64,000 bases of DNA from Antechinus flavipes (lineage: Eukaryota): positions 617,210,001 through 617,274,000 of the forward strand of contig NC_067400.1 in assembly GCF_016432865.1 (NCBI RefSeq), given 5' to 3'. Below are positions 45,646 to 55,557 of this stretch, piece by piece (position 1 is the first letter of the stretch; the number at the start of each line of letters is the position of its first letter). The translations under genes and the position numbers were made by a program. The notes beneath the pieces were generated by a model that ran no database searches, was not told the DNA's origin, and saw only the letters and a list, made by a program, of their open reading frames with translations.

Positions 45646-47454
45646 CTAGTGATTCTTGGAGAAGGTCGAGTCTATTTTGTCCTTTATTTTCTGGAAGCTC
45701 TGCTTGAACCAGTTCCTATGGAGAAAAGGGGCGCTGTGAACCGGTGGGGTCCAGGGAACAGCCCTCATCTACCTCTCCCAGAATGACCTGCGTGATTCCC
45801 CGGGACTAACTCCCGGAGACCAAGGAAGTTAATCCTCCTCTCTGCAAGGAAAATGAGGCCGGGCCCAGATCCGGGGTTCTTAATCTGGGGTCTGTAAGCC
45901 TTTTTTTTTTTTTTTAAACAAAAAATATAGTGAGTCATATATCATTGGTTTCCTGGGTAACGCTGCTTGTTTTGTTTAATGCGTGCAAAAGCACTCGCAG
46001 GGTTCAGCAGCCTGCCGGAGGGGTCTGTGAAGAAGGCTAAGAACCCCTCGCTGGGGATCTGGAAGGTTCCCCCCCAAGTTCCAAAGTCTAGAACTTCAAA
46101 TTCATTCTCGGGTCCAAATACACACCTGACTGGGCCCCCAGCTCACTGATGGCTCCCAGGCCCTGCCAGAAACCCTCGCCCCTTTCCCTTGGGGTTCCCT
46201 GTCCTTCAAAGTCCCCCCACCCTTTTCAGACTCATGGAGCCCATGCTGCCCCCCCTTCCCCTCCCCCTCCAAGGCCCCAAGCCCAGGAAGGTGCTCCACT
46301 TGTCCGCCCTGGGTGCTGCAGGAGGGGAGTGGGAGGCGGGGCGCCACACCTAGTTTTGGTGGAGAATTCGCTGTGCTGGATCTGGCTGATGACGGACTTG
46401 GCTTTGTCTGACAGCTCCTTCAGCTTGTGCTGGAACTGGTCAAAGCCCTCGGCCACGCTGGAGGAAGCCTGGGCTGGGCTGGGGCCCTCTGCAAGAGAGG
46501 AGCGCCCCTGAGCTCTGGGAGCCCGGCCAGGAGGAGGCTGGGAGTGCTCAGTTAGGGGAGGCTGGGAGTGCTCAGTTAGGGGAGGCTGGGAGTGCTCAGT
46601 TAGGGGAAGCTAGGAGTGCTCAGTTAGGGGAGGCTGGGAGTGCTCAGTTAGGGGAGGCTGGGAATGTTCAGTTAGGGGAGGCTGGGAGAGCTGTTAGGGG
46701 AGGCTGGGAGTGCTCAGTTAGGGGAGGCTGGGAGAGCTGTTAGGGGAGGCTGGGAGTGCTCAGTTAGGGGAGGCTGGGAGTGTTCAGTTAGGGGAAGCTA
46801 GGAGTGCTCAGTTAGGGGAGGCTGGGAGTGTTCAGTTAGGGGAAGCTAGGAGTGCTCAGTTAGGGGAGGCTGGGAGTGTTCAGTTAGGGGAGGCTAGGAG
46901 TGCTCAGTTAGGGGAGGCTGGGAGTGCTCAGTTAGGGGAGGCTGGGAGTGCTCAGTTAGGGGAGGCTGGGAGTGTTCAGTTAGGGGAGTCTGGGAGTGCT
47001 CAGTTAGGGGAGGCTGGGAGTGCTCAGTTAGGGGAGGCTGGGAGAGCTGTTAGGGGAGGCTGGGAGAGCTGTTAGGGGAGGCTGGGAGTGCTCAGTTAGG
47101 GGAGGCTGGGAGTGCTCAGTTAGGGGGCCTGGCGGGCCGGAATAGCTCAGAACCCAGCGGTGGGGACGGGATACTCCAGAATCCAGAAGGGGGGGGGGCC
47201 CGGGCAGAGAGACGAGGGAAAAGGGGCATTAGACCAGTGAGTGGTGGTTTTGGAATCCAGGAGGGAGGTTTTATAAGACTGAGGGTAAAGGTTGGGGGGG
47301 ACCGAGGGGACACCCTGAGATCTTTGGTCGGGGATTCTAAGTGGGGGAGGGTGAGAAGAAACAGTAGAACTGAGGGTGGGGGGACAGCCCCCCACGTACC
47401 TGCCAAAAAGTACAGAAGTACCGCCAGCACCGTGAAGGACAGGAACGGTTTCAT
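45646..47454 (-). CDS. APOC1: Apolipoprotein C-I, 87 aa precursor
   Basis: Exons 47454-47400 (MKPFLSFTVLAVLLYFLA-E), 46488-46350 (GPSPAQASSSVAEGFDQFQHKLKELSDKAKSVISQIQHSEFSTKT-R), 45715-45646 (NWFKQSFQKIKDKIDSTFSKNH*). Matches human MRLFLSL...EGPAPAQG...DKAR...SEL...WFSETFQK. Confidence 0.92.
46536..47123. repeat. 24-bp G-rich minisatellite (~24 copies) in APOC1 intron 2
   Basis: Unit GGGGAGGCTGGGAGTGCTCAGTTA, with 22-bp variant GGGGAGGCTGGGAGAGCTGTTA. Confidence 0.95.
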
Positions 47455-47963
47455 GATGGGCTCTTCCAAGGTGTGGGGCTGGGAAGGCAGGTGGCTGAGG
47501 ACGGCGGAGCTCTCAGGTGCTAGGAGCCAGGAGGGCCTTCACCATCAGGGTCCCGGCATCCCAGCCCGCTTCTCCCCCTGCCTCCCGCCCCCCCCCCCCA
47601 TCTCCCCATCTTCCCTCCCACTCCCAGCCACCCTGCTCTCTCTGGGATCCAGAGCCCGTTCCTTTGGGTTCACATCCCTGAAATAAGTAAGATTTGGCTC
47701 GAGAGCGAGCCCAAGTACTTTCTGTTCCCACCCACCCCTCTGCAAGCGGGGCCCCTCCGCCTTTAGATCTCTGGTGGTCCACTGCTCCCCGCTGACTCCT
47801 CCTTTGTCCTTTTCTCTGGATTCTCCTTTCTCAGGGGCCTCCTCCCCTTTCCTTTAACCTTCCTTTCGTGGGACCCCTGCCCTCCCACGCGGCTTCCCCA
47901 GGGGCCCCGTTTCCCCAGAGACCCTTCTTCCTCCAATTTCTCCCCGTGTTAGTCAACACTTAC

Positions 47964-48035
47964 ACAACAGAAGAGGGACCTGGCAGGCTGAGTTGGGTGT
48001 GGGTGGGAGGGTCCAGGGGCCTGCAGTTATAAGAG
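47964..48035 (-). promoter_or_regulatory. APOC1 non-coding exon 1 and TATA box
   Basis: TATAA (minus) at ~48028-48032; donor TGT|GTAAGT at 47964/47963; exon 2 acceptor at 47479-47480. Confidence 0.6.
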
Positions 48036-48409
48036 GGCTGGGGGAGGGGCAGGGAGCGCTTGAGCCTCACCTTACTCCCTCCCCCCTGCTGTCTCACTCT
48101 CCTCCCTCCTCCCTGACAGCCTCCACCTCCCAGTTGGCTGTCAGATCCCTTCCTCCCTCCCCTGAGGCAGGAGGTGGGACCCATCCAGATCCAACTTGAG
48201 CCCCAAAAACCCGTTCCCTCCTTCTCTCCCTCCCCATCCCACACTTTTAATGGCTTTCGAGTCCTATTTGCCCTTTCCTAAGCCAGCACCTCGCCCCTCT
48301 CTCCCTCTCGGGCCTCTCCTGGCCGCTGTCCACTTCCCAGAGTCCTCCCCATTTGTCTCCCCCCCTCCCCCATCAAAGCGCTCGGGGAAGATTTCTAGAG
48401 GTGCAATTC

Positions 48410-48630
48410 CTGCCGCTCTGTGCCTGAAGTTGGGAAAATCTGAATTCAAATTCCACCTCGGACGCTGTAACTGTGTGTCCCTGGGCCAATCATTTCACCC
48501 CGTTTGCCTCAGTTTCCTCATCTGTTAAATGAACCGGAGAAGGGGATGGCAAAGCGCTCCAGCACCTTATTGCCAAGAAAAGCCCAAGTGGGCTCATGGA
48601 GAGTAGGATTAAAAACCGACTGAACTAGGA
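48410..48630 (+). mobile_element. MAR1/MIR-like SINE
   Basis: CORE segment TTTGCCTCAGTTTCCTCATCTGTTAAATG followed by GGAGAAGGGGATGGCAAAGCGCTCCAG. Confidence 0.55.
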
Positions 48631-50856
48631 GACCCGCGGAGGGAGCCTGAAACCCAGCTCGGCAGCCTGGGAGTCTCAGGGGAGGGGCTTGAAAAAGGGA
48701 AAGGGGACATTAGAGCCTCTCGGCTCCGGGCTTCTTTCCATCTTTTTCCCCATCCCCCCTCATCCAACAGGGGTCAGGGTCTAAATACCCTTTCCTTTCT
48801 CTCCTCAGGTGCTTCTGAGCCTGAGCCTTCCAGACTGGGACTGTCTCTCTCCGGCTCCCACCCCGGGTGCCCTTTTTTTCCTTAATGATCGATCACCTTC
48901 AAGTGGAATTAGAATTCGCCAGGGTCCGAGTTTTACGGCCGCCCCGCCCGGGAGCGCCCGGGGCTGTGGGCCCTCCCCGCCTTCTCACAGAATCTATTCC
49001 CTCCGTGGGGTTCAAGTTTCTCCCCCTCCCCCACCCCGTGTCCCGCCTTTTCTGTCCGGGTCCCTCGCCCTCCCTCTTCATCTTCGGCCCTCCTCCCCCC
49101 ATCCTCCTTCGTTCTTTTTTTCACTCCGCCCCATCTCAGCAGGCGAAAGGTGTATCTTTAAATTGGGAAAGAGGGGCTTATAACTCGGGGGAGAAGAGGC
49201 TTAGGGCTGCCTCGACGCCCCCCCCCCCCCCCCGCCCTGCCTCCTTATTCATTCCCCCGTTCCGCCTTCCCTCTTACGCGCCCCCGCCCCCCTCCCCCCG
49301 TCGCCCGAGGCCACAGGTGTGCCCCCGACCAATCCCTCCCCATCCCTCCGCGGTGATGCTCACCCCGCTTCCCCAGCCTATCCCAAGTCTGCCCTCTAAG
49401 GGACGGAAACCCCGGCTGCGCCCCCCCACTCCAGCCCTCCATCCTCTAAGCGGGCTATTCTTCCCCTCCCCCCCCCCCCCCCTGCGCTCGGCGGCTCTTG
49501 CAGGAGCCCGGTGGGGCGAGCGGGGTTACTCGCGGGCACCCGGGCTGCGGGCGCCCCCAGCGCTGGCCGCCACTGACCCCTGGCGGCCCGCGGAGGGGGC
49601 GGCCGCGAGCCGAGGCTCCGGGTTGGCTGCCGCTAGCTCACCCTCCTCCCCTCCTCTGGACCACGGGGGGAGGGGGTGGGAAGCTCGCGGGCGGACCGCA
49701 CTCGCTCTGAATGCCGTCGGCTTGCAGCCGGCAGACCCCCGCCCCCGCTCCCCCCATTCCGCCCAGATTTCGGGCGCCCAGCCGCTTCTCTCCCCCCCAG
49801 CGCCAGCCTCAGTTTCCCTTTCCAGCCCCGAGGAGACCGGAAGGCCGGCCGCCTTCTCCCCGTTTCGGAATCTGTCTCCCTCTTCCCGAAAACCTCCGTC
49901 CCCTCGGGCTCTGACGCCAGATACTAGTCCATCCAGCCTCGGAGTGGGGCGGGATGGGGAGGAGGGGGAGCCCTCCCCGCTTTCGTGTCTGACAAAGAGC
50001 CCGGTGCCCCGCAAAGCCTTCCGGGCCCTTGGCAGCCGCAAAGAACCGCCCGGGCTTCGGGAATCAAAGGGATCTGAATCCCGGCCCCAGGCTGACGTTG
50101 GCCAACTCTTTGGCCCTCTCCGGGCCTCCTTCTTTCTCTCTAAAATAAGGGGGGCGGGACCGGCCTCTCCGCAGAGGGATTGGGGCACCCTGGAAGGGGT
50201 GTGAGGAGGGGGGAGGGACCTGGGTTCAAATCCCTGAGAGTCCAACAGCGCCTGCTCCTGCTGGCAAGGGGTGAAGGATGGGAAAGGGGAGGGCGGGGGC
50301 GCTGCATGGGGGGAGGGGGAGAGAAGAAAAGTGGAGAAAGCCACCGAGAGAGGCCGCTTTCCCGGCTTCCACTCTCTCACCTTGGCTCTGCTCCCAGGAC
50401 TCCCACATCTCCGACTGCGGCGACCTCTCCCCTGCTTTCAGATCTGGGCTCCAGATACCCGGGGGGGGGGGCTCTCCCTTGCTCCGCTCCCACCCTCACT
50501 TAGCTGGAGCAGAAGCTCCCCTCGTGGGAGAGAGGAGACCCAGAGAGGGCTGGGAAAGTAAAAGGGACTCTTGGAGACCCAGAGAAGGAGGGGGGGGGTG
50601 GAGAGAAGACAGGGAGGGGAGAGGAGCAGAGCAGTGGGGGCGGAGGGGACTGTCAGCCCAGAGACCCAGAGAGAGGAGTGCGAGGGATCTGCTCAGAGCC
50701 CGGGAAGAGGGAGGGGGTTATCTGGAGAGATTTCAAGGAAAGCCTGGGAAGGACAGAGAGATCCAGCCCACGTCCCCTCCCCCACCAGCCCCGCGGAGGG
50801 AGAGATAAACCCAGACTCACACCGAATCAGTGCTTGGTACATAAGCAAGCTTTCAC

Positions 50857-50862
50857 TTTATT
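50857..50862 (-). terminator. APOE polyadenylation signal AATAAA
   Basis: TTTATT ~130 nt past the stop. Confidence 0.8.
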
Positions 50863-50994
50863 GTTGGCCCGAGCTTAGACTACATGGAGCCCCCGCCTCC
50901 GAGGACCAGGGCGAAGGGTGGGGCGGCCCTGGGAGGGGAGGGGTCGGAGGAGCCCCGCGTGAGTGGGGGAGGGGAGGGACGCCAGGGGGTCCTT

Positions 50995-52405
50995 TCAGTT
51001 GTCAACCCAGGGGTCGGCCGGCTTGCCGTTGGGGTTGATGGCCTCCTGGACCTTGTCCACCAGGGCCGTCCACTGGCGCTGCAGGTCGGTGGCCAGGGGC
51101 TGGAACCAGGCCTTGAGGCGGTCGTGGAAGCCCTGCAGCTGGTTCTGCAGCTGGGCCGACTGCTCGTCCACCTTGGCGCGGACCTCGTCCACCTTGCTGC
51201 GCACCTGGTCCAGGTGGCTCTGCAGCCGCTCCCCGGCCAGCGCCCCCAGGCTGGCCACGGTCTTCTTGTTGTGCTCCTGCACGCGCTCCAGCGCGGGGGC
51301 CAGGCGCCTCAGGGAGCCCAGGCCCCTCTCCACGCCCTCCTTGGCGCCGGTCTGGTAGGTGGCCAGGCGCGTCTGCAGCTCCTCGAAGTCGCGGCCCAGC
51401 CGCTTCCTCATCTTGCGCAGGTAGGCGGACACGCGGTTCCGGACCTCTTCCACGTTGTGGTTGACCACGGCGTGGAACTCCCGGTGGTACTGGGTCAGGC
51501 GGGCCCCCACGTCCTCCATGTCGGCCCCGAGGCGGGCCTGGGCGGCCGTCAGCTCCTTGGCCAGCCGCGTCCGCGTCTCCTCGGCCATCGGGGTCAGCTC
51601 CTTGTCCACCTCAGCCTTGTAAGCGTTCAGTTCCGTCAGAGTGTCGGTCATCAGACTCCTGCGGGGAGCACGGGGCTGGAGGGACCTGGGAGGACCGTCC
51701 TGCCCCCAGAGGAGGACCGTCCTGCCCCCAGAGGAGGGAACCCAGTCCTCCAGACTCTCGGGGAGGCCAGAGGCGGGAGGGAGGCAAGCCCGGGGCCGAT
51801 CCCGACCCTGCTCCGAACCGGGAAAGGGGCCGTGCCGTGGGCACCCAAAGGAGACGGGCTCCAAGGGCCGGCCCGGTTAAGGAAGGGAACGGGGACGGGT
51901 GGGCGGCGGCTGGGCAGGAGTCCACCGGCTCAGCTTCCATGGGCGAGCGAGAGGGGTCGGGAGGGTTGGGGAGGGCCTCACCTCAGCTCCCGGACGATGT
52001 GGGAGCTGTGCACCTCGCTCTTGAGGTTCTCGGCCTGGGTCTGCAGCTGCTCCAGGTAGCTCTGGAAGCGGCTCATGGCCATCTCCCAGGCCCGGGCGGG
52101 CTCCGCGTTCCATAGCTCGGGGTCCGTAACCCGCTCCTCCGAAGAAGTTCCGGCCTCCTGCCCCTGGCAGCCTGCGGGCAAGAAGGGACGCGCTGAGCGG
52201 GGAGGGCGCGGGCCCGGAGCACATCTGGGGAGGAGGGACGGAGCTTCCGGGAAATGCCAGGAGGAGGCAGTGGGAAGGAGAAGGGCCCGGGGGCAGATCA
52301 GGAGGGCGGCAGAGGGGCCCGGGACGGGGAGAGGGCCACGGAGGGCCCGGGCAGGGGCGTACCGCTGAGGAGGGCCAGCGCCCACAGCACCCACAGGACC
52401 TTCAT
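50995..52405 (-). CDS. APOE: Apolipoprotein E, 298 aa precursor
   Basis: Exons 52405-52363 ([15 protein letters not shown], 43 nt), 52171-51982, 51658-50995. Contains [10 protein letters not shown], receptor-binding [11 protein letters not shown] and RLKAWFQPL...QRQW. Confidence 0.97.
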
Positions 52406-53348
52406 CTTCGCAGCGCAGCTGTCCTCTGGTCTGGCGGGGGCAGAGACAAGTGGCAGAGTCAGAGCCCCCTCCCTTTTCTATCCTCCCACGGGAGATAAAG
52501 GGGAAGCGGCCGTCCCCTCAGTCACACCCTCCCCCCCATCTCCTCCCTGCAGTCACAGCCCCCATCTCCTCCTCCCAATCCCTCCCCCTCCCCCCGTCTC
52601 AGCTAGGGACCCGAGATAGCGCCCGGGCCATTCTAAGGCTTAATCTCTCCCCATTGTTGGGCTTCCCTCAAATTTGGATTCCAACTCCTCCCCCTCCCGA
52701 ATCCCGCTTCTCCCATTCAAAACTGTAATCTTGCCATTGTTCCAGAAGCCTCCGGGGAGGCTGCGAGATAAGCGCTCCCGCAGCTGCGAACGGGGGCCAA
52801 GGAGACTGCCCGCCTCGAGAAGCTCCGGGCCGGGGACCCCCAGTTAGCGGCAGTGGCGGCTCCCCCGGGGACACGGCTGGGCCCCCAGCCTGGCCCGAGC
52901 CCATCCCGAGGCGTCCCCGCGGGGCGGGCAGCCCGAGCCCATCCCACTGCGCCCCGGCTCCGGCCCCGCTGGGCATTCCCAGGGGTCCCGAGGCGCCCTC
53001 AGCCCTTACGCCCCGGGCTTCAGTCTCGGGTCGGGAGCATCCCCTTCTGCGCCCCTTGAGCGCCTTTCTCGTGCCCACAGCCCGGTCGGAGGCTGTCTCC
53101 CCGGGGCTGCGCCCCCCCAAACGCTAGAGAGTTCGCCCCCTCACTTATCAAGCAGCAGAGCGGAGATTCGAACCCAGAGCCTCACTTTCCCGTACTCCGG
53201 GCATTGGCAGGTCAGAGCTTCACCCCCGGCCCCCAGGTGAGACCTGGCCGCAGGCAGGAGTCCCTGGGAGGCCCCGAGGCTCCCCTCCACCTCCCCAGGC
53301 TCTCCCACTGCCCCCGGGGGCCTCCTGGCTCTGGCCCCAGGTCGTTAC

Positions 53349-53490
53349 CTCAGCCCCCCTGGCTCAGCTGGGGCTTCCTCCGGGTCTGTCGGGGATCCTC
53401 TCCTGGACCGAGTAGGACCCAGGCTCCGGGCCCTCTCCCAGTTATAGAGCTCCAACCCCCCGCCCCCTCCTCCCGGGCCGGGGCGGGCCG
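53349..53490 (-). promoter_or_regulatory. APOE non-coding exon 1, TATA box and GC boxes
   Basis: Donor GAG|GTAACG at 53349/53348, TATAA 53442-53446 (minus), GGGGCGGG upstream; exon 2 acceptor at 52431-52432. Confidence 0.65.
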
Positions 53491-55557
53491 TCACGAGGAG
53501 AGCAGGGCCCTCCTCCCTGCCACCCCCCCAAGCCGTGGGGCGGTCCCCCCAGCCGCTCCCGCTTCGGCCTTCCAGCCCCTGGGGGGGTGGGAAGCTGACC
53601 TCTCACCGCCTAACCTGACCTGATCCCTACCCCCCAGCCCCCGGGGCTGGACACAGAATGCCCATTCCCGGCCCCCCTTGGGAGGTCCAGATGGAATCCT
53701 AGGGGAGGGCGAAGGCTTGGAGCCTCAGGCCCGGGATGCCGGCCAATCTGGACACCGGGAGAAGGGGGTCGGAACGGCCCGGGGCCGGAGCTGGGGCGGT
53801 GGGCAGCAGTATGAGCCCTGGTCCTGAGCTAGGAGAGGGGGCGGCAGCATGGGCAGTAAGAATGGCCTCTGGTCCCGAGCTGGGGGATGGAACAGCATCG
53901 TGGAGCCTGGTCTCAAATTGGGGGAGAGGGTCAGAAAGACCCCTGGTCCTGGGGGAGGGGCAGCAGCATGGGCAGTAAGAATGGCCCCTGGTCCCGAGCT
54001 GGGGCGGTGGGTAGCCACAGGCCAGTCTGTTCTTGGCCGGGGGAGGGGGGGGAGGTGAGATGGGGGGGCCCAGCTCTGAAAGGTTGTTTTGTGTGGGGGC
54101 AGATGTCTGGCTGAGGGGTCACTGACACACCAGGGGAAGGCTGGCCCGGGGCCCGGGACTGTTTGTGAGGATGGGGTGGGGGCAGGGAGAGGAATCAGAT
54201 GCCTCTTGTCAGTGGGGGGCCACTCTGGGAAACACTTGGGAGCAGAAGTGGGGAGCCAGGGCTGGGCCGGCCTGAGGACCCAGGACCCCAAACCCTGGGG
54301 CTCATGGGGGGGAGGCAGACCCAGCTGGCGGTTGGCTCCTTTTTGGGGGTGCCAAGGCCCTTTTCTGCCCCGGGGGGCACACAAGGTCACCACTGACCTC
54401 TCCCCTAGCCCACAGGCCTTCCTGCAGACTCCCCAGACACAGACTCCGAGAGAGGAACAGAAACGGGCCGGCTCCGGGAAGGGCCAGGAAGCTGCTGTCT
54501 GTTTCCACTTCCTGCTATAGGGAAGGGGGTGAAGGGCAGTGAACCCGAGTGACCTCTGAGGGGCCATAGGCCAGGAGACCCCGGTGGTCCCTGGGACTGC
54601 AGGGGAGACGGCCACCAGGGCCGGCTCCTCTAGGCCTCCTGGCACCTTGGACCCCAATATCCGGGTCTAGATCTCCAAGCCTGCCTCCCGGCCTCACCCT
54701 TCAAGCGATCCCCTCCAGCCCGGACCCTACAGTCAGGACAAAGTCCGTCACTGGCCACCCATATGTCATCACAGGGCAAGAGGTCACTGCTCAAAGCTGG
54801 GATCTTCTCCCAGTGGTGGGAGGCAGGGAGGCTGGAAACTAGCAATGCCCAGGACAGCCCAGAGCAAGCTGGAAGGGGCCTCCGGCTGTTGGCGGAGGTC
54901 GGGGTCTGAGGGGCCGGTCTGGGATTCGGTTTGTCCAGGGCCAGGGGCAGAGTGGACAATGTGCAGGAGGCCTGGGGTCTGGGGGGCCGGGTGGTGGAGA
55001 GTGCGGCCACCTGAAACATGGGGGGGGGACGGGGAAGGGGGGGCAGCCAGCCAACGAGGAGACCCGCCCCCTTGTACAGAGACGCCACCTCCTCCCCATT
55101 ACTCACTTTACTCATGTATTTTTGTGGGTTTTTTTTTTCTGTAAAATGTTCTGTTTTTTTCCATAACTTATAAACATGATTTACACTGAGGGGGTGGCAG
55201 CAGAGGCTAGGAGGGAGGGGGGAGAGGCCGAGGGAATGGACGGAACGGGGGGCTAGGATGATGGGGGCCCCTCCTGTGGCCACCAGAGGCAGGGCAGGGA
55301 CGCCCAGCTCCACCGCGGGGGGAGGGAGAGGCCCACCCTGAGGACCCTCCCCCATAGTCCTTCCCACCTAGGTCTCCTAGAGCCTAGCACCCTTCCAGGA
55401 ACGGGAGAGGGGGCAGGGGGATTGGTCTTCCAGTAGTCTGAAGTTCCTCTCCGAAGCCCGAGGTCTCCCCCGGTCCGGGGGCCTCCCCTTCCAGCCCTCG
55501 GGGCCCTTCCTGCCCAGCCCAGAGCGCGGGCCCGGGCCAGCCGGCGGGGTGCCGGGC

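Noticed and set aside
45683-45688. AATAAA inside APOC1 last-exon coding sequence
   Set aside because: Arises from Lys-Ile-Lys codons; a proper signal lies downstream of the stop at 45497-45502.
48867-50204. 445-aa plus-strand ORF and similar long ORFs in 1-19 kb (e.g. 16951-18093, 17360-18397)
   Set aside because: Pro/Arg/Gly-rich low-complexity translations expected from stop-poor GC-rich DNA; no recognisable domain.
50884-52059. 391-aa ORF antisense to APOE
   Set aside because: Mirror frame of a high-GC3 coding exon; explained by APOE codon usage.
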